Assembly: GCA_030704615.1 (NCBI GenBank)
Contig: CM060732.1
Coordinates: 3,906,001-3,970,000, forward strand
Reading direction: 5' to 3'
Length of the DNA: 64,000 bases
Origin: Takakia lepidozioides
Taxonomy: Eukaryota; Plantae; Bryophyta
Shown here: in pieces, positions 12,314-25,079 of the stretch
Layout: each line of letters begins with the position of its first letter
Position numbering within the stretch: the first letter of the stretch is position 1
Notes under the pieces: model-generated
The model's database searches: none
What the model was told of the DNA's origin: nothing
The model's input: only the letters and a program-made list of their open reading frames with translations
Position numbers and translations under genes: made by a program

Positions 12314-12984
12314 CAAGTCTGTGTGATGTTATTAGATTCTTGATTTAGTGCTTGCATGGAGTCCAAAAACCTTGGGTACCTAGTCTGTGTTTGGCATTGA
12401 GGGTTTTATATTGAGGGGTGGTTTGCAAATGGCTTGAGGTCAGTGCTCAAACCACATCTGCACACAGACCTGCTGCATTTTGCCTTGCAATTGGCAAGTT
12501 TGGAAATATTAATTTAAAGTTGTGGGTCTGCCCACATGAGTAAGCAGAGGGGATGTCTTGAGGAAGTTGGAAGCTGGTTTGAACTGTACTTAATGGTGGG
12601 ATGATATGAGTGGAAGGGCTTGGTGTTTGACATGCGCCAAGTATCTTTGGATAGGCCAGGCTTTGTTCATCTCTGAACAGTGGCAATGTATGCCTGTTGA
12701 TGACTGCATGTATAACAATTTGGGAGGCCAAGATTATTGTTCTGGCTGCACCATGATTGGATAAAGAGGTTTCTGATTACGAAGCCTGCTCTTTGCCTGC
12801 CTGAGCATCTCTCTCAGTTTTGTGGGGGTGTGCCCACATATGTGAATTTGCAGGCATGCAGTCTAGTCACAAGACTCTGCATTGTGAAACTTGTCAAAGG
12901 TTACCGTAGATATGCTTGTGAGGATTACGGAATAGAGTGAGTGCCTAGGAGCACTGAAATTGGACGGGGTAGCAGTACCCCTCT

Positions 12985-13075
12985 TTCGCACTTGAGCAGG
13001 CAGCCCAGTTGGTGGGAATTTGTGGCTTGCCTGTGCATAACCAGGGTGATCCTGGGTTCAATCCTTCATGATCGT
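12985..13075 (+). mobile_element. tRNA-derived SINE-like head
   Basis: A-box-like GCAGCCCAGTTGG and B box GGGTTCAATCC. Confidence 0.4.
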
Positions 13076-13693
13076 CCTTCTACTGTCCCATTGTCCCCTC
13101 GATGGTGTGTGTGTTGAGCAGTAGGCTCACTTGAACTTTGGTTTCCTTTCAATTGTTGGATCACATTGGTTGTTTCACTTCATAGGAGGTGGCAATTGTG
13201 TGTGGCTGTCACAGTCACATTTGTAGTCTTTAAGCACTCCCATTTTCCAGGCGGCTTCAATCTGGGAGAGCAGCCAGATTTTTGCCGAAAGTAATTTGGT
13301 CCACTGAGGAGCAATGGACTAGGTAAACCTGTGCAAGGAGATGGTGAGGGCACCTTCTTCTTCTACCTATTTCAGCCTGTTTTGCCCTCTCATTAGACTC
13401 GTCCCTGAATTTGCATATTGATTGTGTAAGTTAGCTCTTTGGGTGGATTTGTGGTGCATGGGTAGATGGTCCACTGGAAGCTGCAGCAGCAGCGGCACAA
13501 TTGATAAAATCAGGCACTGGCACTGAAGGCACCTTCTTCAACACATTTCACCCTGTTTTTCCCTCTTATCAGAATTGGCCCTAAATTTCCATGTTGAATT
13601 CTGCAAGTTAGCTGGTTGAGTGAATCTTTGATAGGTTGGAGTGACTTTGACATGATACTGCCAATGTGACAACAGAAAAGTATCCAAAAACAG

Positions 13694-13770
13694 GTAATAG
13701 AGATGAAGAGAAGCTGTGGAATGAATACTTTTCTAAACCCAGTCTATGGTGGGACAACCGAGGCAAAAAG
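13694..13770 (+). pseudogene. Exon fragment encoding half of an OSB-type PDF (WWDNR) motif
   Basis: EEKLWNEYFSKPSLWWDNRGKK, bounded by AG and GT. It resembles the LW..FF.NP..WWDNR..K motif of organellar ssDNA-binding proteins. Confidence 0.65.
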
Positions 13771-13792
13771 GTGAATGTCTGTCAGGTTACTA

Positions 13793-16700
13793 GATGTCAT
13801 TCTGAACATTTCCCTAGTGGACATGTATGCCAAATGTGGGTGCATCGAGGATGCCAAGGGAGTATTCAACACTATCGCTGAATGAGATGTGGTGTTATGG
13901 AGTGCAATGCTTGCGGGGTATGCACAGCAGGGGCGCGAGATGGAGGCTTTGGAGACGTATGAGTAAATGATGGGGGAAGGAGTGAAGCCCGACCACATAA
14001 CGTTTGTGTGCGTTTGCAGTGCGTGTGCGAGCCTGGCAGCCCTGAAAAAAGGGAAAGAGATCCATGGTGACATCATCAAATCTGCAATTGTACCAATGTC
14101 ATCCTAAACACTGCTCTGGTGGACATGTATGCCAAATGTGGGAGCATTGAGGATGCTCTACGATCCACTCCCAAAACCAAATTTGTCAAGGAGATATTCA
14201 ATTCCCAGATGCCCCACTTTGAATGGATCGGGCTACTCGCCTTGACTTTGAATTGATGGCCTCCCCCATGTCACTGACTGGAAACATGTTCAAGGAAGTT
14301 TTCTGCCGCACTTCATGGCCCTGTGCACATGTCATTTAAAAGTACTGGCATCCTCTAATTTTTAGTAGTACAAGAAAGTAGGTTGTTTCGGGATCTGTCT
14401 ATTTTTTGAAATGTGCGAAGCTTTGGTGGTTATAGCGTGGTGCGAGAGGCCATGGCTACTCAGTTGCCCGCTGGTGCTGTCGCGGAGCAGTTTAAGGGCA
14501 GAAATGAGGTTCTCTGGATGGGTTGGTCAAACCCTCCCTGGTGGTGACTCTCACTGGTGGTTTTGCAAGAGGTCCATGCATGTGACATCGTCAAACCTAG
14601 ATTTGTACCAGATGTCATCCTGAACACTACCCTGCTGGACATGTATGTCAAATGTGAGTGCATAGAGGATGTAAAGGGAGTGTTCGACAGTATGGCTGAA
14701 AGAAATGTGGTGTCGTGGAGTGCGATGATTGCAGGATATGCACAGCAAGGGGCGGGATGGAGGCTTTGGAGACCTATGAGCAATTGATGTGCGAAAGGGT
14801 GAAGCCCAACCACATCACATTTGTTTGCGTTTGCAATGCTTGTGCAAGCCTGGCAGCCCTGGAAAGGTGCAATGAGGTCCATGGTGACATCGTCAAAGCT
14901 AGATTTGTACCAGATGTCATCCTGATCACTGCCTTGCTGGACCTGTATGTCAAATGTGAGTGCATCGAGGATGCAAAGGGAGTGTTCGACAGGATGACTG
15001 AACAAAATGTGGTGTCGTGCAATTCAATGATCGCAAGATATGCCCAGCATGTTGTCATAGGGAGGTCCTGCAACTATTTGAAGGAATGTAAAAGAACGGC
15101 TTGAAGCCGGACAGTATCACCTTTATATGTGGTCTCTCTGGGTAGATGGTCAACTGAATGCAGCAGTTGTAGCGGCACAGTTGATGAAATCAGGCACCTC
15201 ATCCATGGCCACAACTTTTGAAAGAGGATCAAGAGAGGGAGTCCACAATACCTCTTCTGGCACTTCTGGGCATGTGAAGATACTTCGTGCGACAGGCAGA
15301 CTGGCAGAGGCTCTACAGACTATAAACCAAGGAGGCATTTCAGCAGATTCAGATACGTATGCTTATCTCTTGCTTAAGTGCATCAAGATGGGAGGTCTGG
15401 AAGCTGGAAAGCAGGTGCACACTCACATTATCCAAAGTGGATTCACGTCAATTTTTTTTCTACTCAACTCCCTTGTCAACATGTATGTTAAGTGTGGGAG
15501 CATCATGGATGCTCATCAAGTGTTCAACAGAATGCCTCAACGATGTTTGATCATGTGGAACATAATGTTGGCAGGATTTACCAAGCACGGGTGTGGTAGG
15601 AATGCTTTGGAGACCTATGAGCAAATGCTGCGCGAAAGGGTGAAGCCCAACCACATCACATTTGTTTGTGTTTACAATGTGTGTGCAAGCCGGGGAGCTC
15701 TGGAAAAGGGGAAAGAGGTCCATGGCGACATCGTCAAAGCTGGAATTGTACCAAATGTCATTCTGCAAACTGCTCTGGTGGACATGTATGCCAAATGTGG
15801 GTGCATTAAGGATGCGAAGGGAGTTTTCAACACTATGGCTGAACGAGATGTGGTGCCATTGGACGTGATGCTTGCAGGGTATGCACAGCAAGAACGTGAT
15901 ATGGAGGATTTGGAGACTTACGAACAAATGATGGGAGAAGGGGTGAAGCCCAACCACATCACGTTTGGGTGCGTTTGCAATGCGTGTGCAAGCTTGGGAG
16001 AGCTGGAATTGTACCAGATTTCATTCTGAACAATACCCTGGTGGACATGTTTGCAAAATGTGGGTGCATCTAGGACGCAATGGGAGGGTTCAACACTATG
16101 GCTGAATAAGATGTGGCGTCGTGCAAGCCTGGCAGCCCTAGAGAAGGGCAAAGAGGTGCATGGGGATATCGTCAAAGCTGGAATTATACCAAATGTCATT
16201 CTAAACACTGCCCTGGCAGCTCTGGAAAAGGGGAAAGAAGTCCATGGCGACATCTTCAGAGCATGGTTGTCATAGGGAGGTCCTGCAACTATTTGAATGA
16301 ATGCAAAAGAACGGCTTGAAGCAGTATGTGTTCTCTCTGCTGCAGCCACACTGGCCTTCTGAATGAAGGTAGACGCTACTTCGATTCCCTGATTCAAGAT
16401 CATGGTGTCACTCCGACAATATAGCACTTTGGCTGCATGTTGGACCTTCTTGGACGTGCGGGACAACTGGATGAGGCAGTGGACCTGATTAATAAAATGC
16501 CAATCAATCCAGATGTTGTGGTGTGGAAGGCCTTGTTTAGTGCCTGCAGAATCCATGACAATGTAGAGATGGCTCAACGTGCAGCAACATCTATCCTCAA
16601 GTGGAATGAACAGGATTCCGTGACTTATGTTGCTATCAAACATCTATACTGCAGCTGGCAGATGGGTTGATACTGTAAAGGTGAGAAGAATGATGAAGGT

Positions 16701-17126
16701 CAGAGGGGTTGAAAAGGAGCCAGGTCGCTGCTGCATTGAGGTTTGCAACAGGGTGCACACCTTCATTGTAGATGACAAGTTGCATCCCAGAATTAAGGAA
16801 ATCCATGCTGAGCTGAGAAGATTGTCTGGGAAGATGAAGGAGGCGGGGTATGTGCCTGATAGGCGCTTTGTATTGCATGATGTGGGGAGGAGGAAAAGGA
16901 ATTTTCTCTTGGCCACCACAGTGGGAAGCTGGCCATTGGTTTTGGGCTGATCAGCATGACCCCTAGGACGCCTCTCCGTCTCATCAAGAATCTTTGAGTG
17001 TGTGGTGGCTGCCACACCTCCACCAAATTTATCTCAAAGATTGTTGGCCGAGCAATTGTTGTACGGGAAACTAACCGCTTTCACCACTTTGAAGATGAGA
17101 TTTGTTCTTGTGGTGATTACTGGTGA
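13793..17126 (+). pseudogene. Scrambled PLS-class PPR gene with E/E+/DYW (PG-box type) RNA-editing domains
   Basis: Repeated TALVDMYAKCG.I.DAKGVF..M.ERDVV.W..M.AGYAQ / GVKPNHITFVCVCNACAS motifs, E domain MLDLLGRAGQLDEA, KEPGRCCIEV and CSCGDYW* (stop 17124-17126). Many stops and frameshifts, HSEK changed to HSGK, and a foreign insert at about 14160-14560. Confidence 0.92.
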
Positions 17127-17852
17127 AAGGATGTCTTCTTGGAACGATGCAAGTGTCTTGCTTCATTCATTGATCTGTGACTTAGCTACTCACACCATCC
17201 ACCATTTCCCGAAAGTATTGACCATGATGTACTGTTGAGTGCATTTCCTGTGCCATAAAGCCACAGGAAATGATAGTGGGGTCTACCCGGCATAGGTGGG
17301 AGGTCAGCTGCACTTGGTGATTTTTGACTGATTCTGGTGACAGTGGATGGAAATCAGAGTGCTGTCCTAATTCTGGGTTTGGGTGGTGGAGCTTCTCCAA
17401 AGCTTGAAGATGGAAGTGAATACAAATTTTAATGAGCTTGATGAGAGGGGCAGCCATGTGCACAAGTTTGTTCAGCATCTTAAATTTGGACATGGGTTTG
17501 TTTCTCGTGGTGTGGCTTTGGATGGAGCCCTTGATGAACTTGCATGAATATTGTCAAAAGCTAGCCTTAACCCACCAAGATCCAATCCCATGGTGGATGC
17601 TTGAAAGTTCATGCAGTGAATGTAAGGATATTTGGGTATGTTGTTATTGATTGATGCGGCTTGTGAAAATTGAATGTTGAAATGCAGATCCACCATTTTT
17701 TTTCCAGAAAAAAACAAAACACCGGATCTCTGCATGTACCACCGTGGGGATGACCCAGCCCTTTTTTTGTGAAAAATTGAACATAGTTCTCAGTATTCGT
17801 CGCTAGTAGTGCGGAGCAACGCGAAGCCCTAGTTTTTTTTAATAGGAAACCT

Positions 17853-18079
17853 GGGGCACATCGGCTGGTAGCTCAGCTTGGTAAGTGCACAGTGTGTCGC
17901 CTTGGTGGTTCGGGGTTCAAACCCGCTGCCCCGTGACCGGTTGGTCTGGTGGTGACGTTTCCCACCTGTGTGCCTAATGGCTTATCTGCAAGGGGGTTAA
18001 TTTTCCCCCTCCTCAAGGGCCTGAATTGTGAGCGGTCGCTCTTCCAGGTTTCCTTTTTAAAAAAAAAACAAAAAAAAAC
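17853..18079 (+). mobile_element. tRNA-derived SINE with A-rich tail
   Basis: A box TAGCTCAGCTTGG (17869-17881), B box GGTTCAAACCC (17914-17924) and A tail. The body matches the minus-strand copy at 56988-57216. Confidence 0.8.
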
Positions 18080-18778
18080 TGGGGGTTCAAAATAAATGAG
18101 GATAACAAGGGAGCGATGGCGGAGCTGCGAGACGACCTCCAACGGTCATCGCGCCTCTATCCTCCACCACCTTTCGCTGTTTTACTCTCCTCAATTCTAG
18201 TGCCTAATCTTCATAAGCTTCCTTCCACGTTTGGCTTTCTTTTGGTATGCAAATTGGGCATTTTTAGTGTTATTTCAAGCCCCATAATGTTGGCCGAGCT
18301 CCGCGGTTTGTGGAGAGGCCCTCCAACGGTCGCTTCGTCTTTCTCATCAGCTCACTTCTAGATCTCCTGCCTAGGTTAAATATTGGTAGGTATTATTTCA
18401 TTTCCCTTCTGATAGCCCGCTTTGAGAGCTTCATTTTGATAGTTTAAAAGTTTCAGCTTCGTTTTTTAGTCGAATTTTATCAAGATCATTCAGATGCCGC
18501 TGCCTGTCTGTTTTTTCATCCTCTCCCTCTCTGTGTTCTTATTCATCTCCCACTAAATGTTTGGGATCCCCTATTTCCCCCCTCATTCAGTATCAGCCGC
18601 CTTTATTTACTTCTCTGCCAGCTTGGTCGGTCCTTGCCCGCCACCTTTTGTGGAAACCAGCTCTCCTTTCCTTCTGCTCTCTTCCTTCGTCGCCTAGTCT
18701 GCGTTTTTCGCTTGAGTCAGGTCTCAACTCTGAGATTCATTCTTGCCTATCCTTGAGCTCTTTCTCCCCTTCATCACA

Positions 18779-21700
18779 ATGGCCCCACTCAGGAGCAACA
18801 GGTTCAAGGGCAAAGTGTCTTCGAGCCAGCGACAAACCCAAGGCTCCACACTGCCCCTGTCGAGGAACTTGGAACCTTCTACGGGCACTGGCTTTTTCCT
18901 GGCGCATCAGGCAAGGTCCAGAATCGGCTTTCCCAATGGACCTATAAGGAATCCAACTTCCCCCTTGGAGTTCAACCCCCGTTCTCCCTCTCTTCCGTTG
19001 GCTAAGATTCCCAGGACGGGATCGCCGCTGCTGGTAGCACCACCGTCCCCCACACCTGCTGAGGATTACCCGGAGGACTCCACTCCTCCTTTGGAAGCTC
19101 TTCTCAGTGGCAGGGACGACATTCCAATGATATCCATGAACTTACCGGACCTTCACAAGAGGGTATCATCCATGGAAGACTTCGGAATACTACTGCTTTT
19201 CCCAGGGAAGAAGGTGGGCAGGGCATATGTTAGAGACTGGGCTATTAGGTATCTCGGAGGATCAGGTGAGCCGAGACAACGTTTTTGTCGGGCAAAGGGC
19301 AGAGGGTTCTTCTCGATTTTATTTAAACTCAAGAAGCGGCTGATCAGGCCTTGCTCTTCAACCCTCACACCAGAGGTCTTAACGTCAATGTTTTCCCATG
19401 GTTTTCAAAGATGGGGAACAAAAATGGCCAGCTCTGGGGCCCAAGAATTGTTTCAGTTCCTTACATACCGTACCAATACCTGGAGAATCTTCCAGACATA
19501 GCCAACCACTTCGGCCATTTGTTTTGGTTGTATGTTTGTATTTGACCCACAAATGTGTGCCCACAGCTTACGCCAGATCCAGCCTGGAAATCGGCAACTA
19601 TAGCTTCAAGGCTTTATGATTCAGGACCTCCTCAATCAGGGACATCCCCAACAAGGCTCCCTCATGGGCGGAATCAGGCTCCAGTAATTGCTCAGCAGAT
19701 ACCTCAAGGGTATCATTTTTTTCGCCTTTGGAAGACCAGTTGACTCCCGCTTGGAGCCTCCACTTCCTTTCCTGACTTTTGTGGTGGATATCCAGGTTGT
19801 TCCTAGCCCCAACGTAAGTATAGTAAGTGTGGCTATCGCATCTGGGTGATTCCAGATGAATTTGACATACTCGTAGGCACTTGGTGAGGGCCGCTACTTT
19901 CCCTTTCCTGATAGCAGCCAGGGTTTGACTCATACGCTGGCTTAAAATGTTGACAGCCTTGAGCTTTGTTAGGAATCTATCCACAGGGTTCTGACCAATA
20001 GACCCAGCTTCTGACCAAGCTTGAACTGGCCTAATATGTAAGCGGGTAATTTCAGAAGCATACTATTTAGCTTGTATAACCCACTACCTCTGCGTTGGGC
20101 TGATGGAATAGTAATAGACAAGGTTATTGGGGCATGGTCAAATCCCAAGGGGATTGGTTCCTGAGGCTCTCTTTTGGACCATTGGACAAGACCGTACGAA
20201 ACATATGCCTTGTCCAAACGGGCCATGTGAAGACGGTCCAGGGATCTAATTGGTCCAGGTGAAGGAAAGATCAACCGATTGCTGCGATATGGGCATTGCC
20301 TCTGTGAGATTGTGATTTTGGATGGATGAATACCATTGATCCATTTCTTCCCTGTTTGGGTTGAAAGACCCAGCTCCACGCTTGTCCAGGTGAGACTCCA
20401 CCATATTGAAGTCGCCAGTCAGGATCCAATTATGAATTGCTGATTCTGCTAGCATTTTGGCATTAAGAGTGCTCCAGAAACCACTTATTTTTGCAGCTAT
20501 GTTCGGAGCATAGATGTTGACCAAGCCAATGTTTCCATGATTATCTGGGAGTTGAAGAGCACAGAACTGAACCCAACCCGCCAACCAGGTGGCTTCAGAC
20601 GACATAAAAGGGAGAAGAGATGGGGAAGATAGGATGGCTGTTCCACCTTTCGTTCCTTCTGAGGTTGGTTTCCATAAAGCAGAGGCCAACGGCCAAAGGT
20701 GATTGGAAAAGCTGTTGATTTTGGTCTGGTCTAATTTATGTTCTTGTAGAAAAACTATGGAGTCCTTGGAGAGGAAGGGGGACAGCCAAATTTTGACTTT
20801 GAGTCTTTTGAGGGAGCTGGGGTTTGAGCCCAGCCCTCTGATATTTCAAGAATGAAGGTTAATGATCATTTATTGGAAGTTGAAGGCCGGGATGAGATAT
20901 CCCCTTTGATGGCCCTGGTTCTTGGAAGGAAAATTTGAGTCTTTGATCGCTGGGGCAGTGTGATTTGACCCATGAAAACTCAACTGGGGGTTTGACTGTT
21001 TTTTTTTCGATTTGGATGAAGATGCCCCGAGGGCTCTGAAGATTGCAGAGGGTGCCGATGTAATGGAATTGGCTATCAGAAATCAAGGATATGGCGAGAG
21101 AGGTTATACTGACGTTTGGTGGGAAGAATTCTGCAGACTACAGGGAATGAATGAGAGGGTGCTGAAAGGAAGCATCCTTATCATAGGTTATATGTCCCAA
21201 AGGAGTGACGTCAAGCAACTGAAGAGCCGGGATTTTCTGTCTGGAGTGTTTCTTCTTGATGTGACTCTTGCAACATAGTAGCCAGCATCTGAATTGATCC
21301 CTAGATAGAATCCTGTGGTTGTTGTCGTCCATTTCAGATTCCACAATCGCATCCAGGAGCTGAAAACCATTCACCAGTGTGTCATGGTTCCGTATCTGCA
21401 GTCTGTGTCCCCCTCTTGGGGTGTTGAGTCCAGCCTCGTATGTCCACATAGCTCCAATAGGTGGTGGTAGTGCGTAAACCTCTGCCTCTTCCATAAGTGC
21501 AAGCACATTTGTATTTGGTTTATAGCTTAGTCCTGGATGGTCTTCCATGTAAGCCCCCCAAAATATTTTAACCAATGGAGTAAGGTAATAGTGAGGGAGA
21601 TATGCTTCGAAAAATTCTTGAATTTTCCTCTTGAACATAATCTCAGGGTTGCCATTGGGAGGGCAGGTCTGGATGAAGTGGCGAACGTCCGCAGTCGTGA

Positions 21701-22535
21701 TCCAGAGGGACTCCAGTATTTCCATATCCTCCGAGGTGATGAGTATAGAGGGCAGACGACCCTTTCTGAAAATGATGGGGGTAATACATGAAGCCTGCGG
21801 AGCGTCAAATACCTCCAGAGCTGAACAACCTTTCAAATTGAGCCCAGGGAAGGAGCAAGTAGCAAGATCAATTTTAGCAAATGTAGGATTATTGGCAATT
21901 CCTGAGATGACAGTGGGGTTGGCGTGGATGGATGGTAGAACCAGAGTCGGTGTTGGAGATGGAGATTGGTCCATGATTTGGCTTTGCCCTTGATGATGGC
22001 TTTGTTATGCTGTTGGAGATGATTCGCTTCCATGAACTTGGGGTCCACATGTGTAGATTGTTTCCTGCAAACTGCCTGAGGAGGTTTAAATTGCAGGGAG
22101 TTTGAGAAGACTAGAATGCAAATGGCCACTCAGCAGATCTCTCAGCTCATTGACCAGACCACCAATATCGAACCCAACAACCCCAATGAAATGGCCAACA
22201 TGGCATCCACTCATTTTAGGAAACTCTTCCAGAGTGATAGCCTTGGAATGACCACAAACCCCCTTCAGGAATCTTGTTTGCAGCACACACCTACCATCCT
22301 TAGCCCGCAACAGGCCTCTGTCCTCGAAGGAGAGTCCACGGACATGGAATTGGAAGAGGCTCTCTCTAAGTTGCACAATCACAAATCCCCCGGTATTGAT
22401 GGCATATCAGTGAATTCTACAAGGCACTTTGGCCAGAGATTTCACATGACCTTACCTCCATGGCCAACCATCTCTTTCTAATGGGTCAAATGCCTCCCTC
22501 GATGTCGTAGGGGGTCATAACTCTAATATTCAAAA
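18779..22535 (+). mobile_element. L1-clade LINE, decayed and 3'-truncated, with an internal inversion at 19702-22081
   Basis: ORF1 start (KGRGFF motif) on +. AP endonuclease motifs (NIRGLG, FLQEHK, VNIYAPN, GDFN, RLDK, DHAPI) on -. The RT lead-in (ELEEALSKLHNHKSPGIDG) resumes on + at about 22090. Confidence 0.85.
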
Positions 22536-22587
22536 ATTGGAACTTCGAATCTTCATGTGTTTTTAGCAGGCTTGAAATAGCAGCTTC

Positions 22588-25079
22588 AAACAGTGTGCGG
22601 TACCGCACACTGTTTCAGCCCCTTTGTATTTTATTCACCCAACTCTGTCTATCAGGCTTCAATCAACCTGTAAGCAATGAAGAGTCACTTTGGGGTACAG
22701 TTTTTTAAACCCCTGTGAAGTGTTCTTTTTTTGTTTGGAATGAACCCATTCAGTTGTCTCTCTTGCTTCAAACAGAGACAAATGAAAGCAAGAAACAATG
22801 TGCGGCACCGCACACTGTTTCTTGCCCCTCTCTTCATTTGGGGGTTGAGAAATGTGAACCATGCCCTGTTCCTCAAATTTCCATGAAGGTGAAATGGCAG
22901 CACGGAACAGTGTGCGGTGCCGCACATTGTTTGTGCCCCTGTACTATGATATGTTTTGATGTAATAGGAAGCCAACTTGAAACTTTTTGAAACTTTGAAC
23001 CACATTTGAAACTTTGTGAATAGATGGAAAAAGGTATGAGTTCCAAGCTCTGTACAGTGTTCGGCACCGCACATTGTTTCTGGCCCCCTCTTATGTCAGT
23101 TTGAATGTGCATCCCTGCAGGAGAAAATGCAAAGGGTGGAGGATGAGAACCCTTCAGTGCAGGAAAAGGAGATCATTGGTGATGTGGACGATGAGTTCTA
23201 TGAAAGCAAAGCCGCGAAGATGCTGGGGGGGTCAGAAGGTAAATTCGCAGCTTGTGGTGCAAAGTATGCTTGCCCCGGATGGGAGGTTGAAGATTCCCCT
23301 GTGTTGGTTTCCATGCCCGTCGTTCATCCACCCCTCATCAAGGACATCCAGAAGCTGGAGGCGGAGTTTGTTCATGGGTATTTGGATGGATCTGCAGTTT
23401 TTTACGTTTCTACTAGGGATTCCAGAGGCAAGGAGCTCCTGGTGGATGAGTGAATCGTGAACTCTTGGGATCCCATTTCCTTTGAACTTCTTCTCTGCAG
23501 GAAACCTTCGACGCAAGCATTCTCAGGGAAGATGTTTCACGTATGGGATGGCAACCACCGGTTGCTTGCATGGATGGCTGTCATTGGGAGGCTGCACTCA
23601 TAGGAGGAAGAGTGGCATTACTGTGTTCGAACAATGGTGTTGGATTGTGACGGGAACATTATGGGGCTTCTGACGACAATGAATGATGTGAATAGGTTGG
23701 TTTCTCATTCTACATGTTCCGGTTGTGGTTCCGTGGTTCTTTGCTTCCAATCCTCTGTTGTCGGTTCTTGAATTTCATTCTGACTTTCACACATCAATCT
23801 GCAGAGGGACGGAGACATCCCATGTGAAAACGAGTCTAGTTCATACTCTGTACATGATACAGAGGATCGGTCAGATACCATTGAGCAACTTCAAGACCAT
23901 CCTTTCAGCAGAGACGTACAAGAAGTGCGAGAGCTCCAAGACTTCATAAACATGGTACTCGTTGACCCGTGAGGCTTTCATGGAGTATATGTACGCGGTG
24001 AGATACGTCTTCCATCATTTGGCCTTTGGGTATTCCTGCTTCGAGATCTTTGTTTCTGTTTGTTTCCCTTGCACTTGTGTTAATGCATCTGTTGTGTATT
24101 CTCTTGCAGCAAGACATTGCGGATGCAGGACAGCGCGGCAAACTGGAATACTACAGCTCTACCCCTGAAGAGTGAAGGACAACAAAGGGGGTTGAGAGTC
24201 ACATCAAGCAAGAGATGACCACCACAAGAAAAAATATTATGAGTGCTTTTATGAAGCAGTTGAGAATTGCCGACCCATCCTTCGGACCACAGTTCCTTCA
24301 AGAGGTGAAAAACCATTTCAACAAGCCAGGAAAGCCCAAGATGGCCCAGGAGAAGTTGCACATGTTGTCTATCGCCGTTGTGTCTTTAGAACAGAAAGTG
24401 AAGTGGCTACAAATATAGAACTCCGATCCCACTGTTAGGGACACCCACATGTTCCCCAGGCCGGAGAAAGAGAAGAAGACCCAGCGTGTCATTCCAGTCA
24501 GTGACAATATGATGGACACATGGCTTCACAAGGCCATTTACTGGAGCCAGGTATGATGTCCTTTGCTGTGTCACTTTCTTTTCGCTTTTCTGTGGTTCTC
24601 TTTCCATGTTCCATGGGCTGTGATTGTTTTCTGGTTCATTCTTGCATTGGAATTGTTTTGCAGTTGGAGGAAAGGGCCCAGTTTGTTCTACATACGCAAC
24701 TGGCTGACTATGGCATCACCATGACAACACCGAGGTCTCATTCCAAGCATACATGCGGAAATGGAGAGCCACGATGTGGCAATCTTGTTTCTTCAGGGAG
24801 TTCAACAAAGAGGGTGGCATCAGTCGAACAAATGAGCTTGACCAGCAAGAGAAAGGAGAGGAAGCCTGGAAACGATGCCTTTACATGTGCAAAATTGACT
24901 ATGCTTATTTGTTTTGCAAAGACACACTCTCCTCCATCCAACCTGATTTGTGCTGGCTCATATGAGTGTGCGGTGCCACACACTTATTTGTTCTGTCCGT
25001 GTGTAGTAACACCGGTGTGCACACCCTGGGCCTTTCAGGCTATTTTGTGTGCGGTGATTACAGTGTGTGGTGCCGCATA
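22588..25079. repeat. Dispersed 16-bp palindrome family B, consensus TGTGCGG-N2-CCGCACA
   Basis: Cores at 22594 (inside a perfect 28-bp palindrome, 22588-22615), 22799, 22911, 23058, 24967 and 25064. Degenerate copies near 25048 and 26179. Confidence 0.9.

Larger units (their letters stand above)
11549..17832 (+). mobile_element. Non-autonomous rolling-circle element (Helentron/Helitron2-like), about 6.3 kb, carrying captured gene fragments
   Basis: 5' end TCTAGCGACGA plus hairpin (CGACC-GAA-GGTCG). The 3' sub-terminal inverted copy TCGTCGCTAG (17797-17806) is followed by GCG-GAGCAA-CGC and CTAG (17829-17832). It sits in a T context, head-to-tail with copy 1, with no TSD. Confidence 0.7.

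Noticed and set aside
16717-17126. U-to-C (DYW:KP-type) editing factor
   Set aside because: It has a PG box and a DYW terminus typical of the C-to-U type, and this copy has lost the catalytic Glu.
17853-17935. Functional tRNA gene
   Set aside because: No proper anticodon or acceptor pairing, and it continues into a shared body and A tail, so it is a SINE head.
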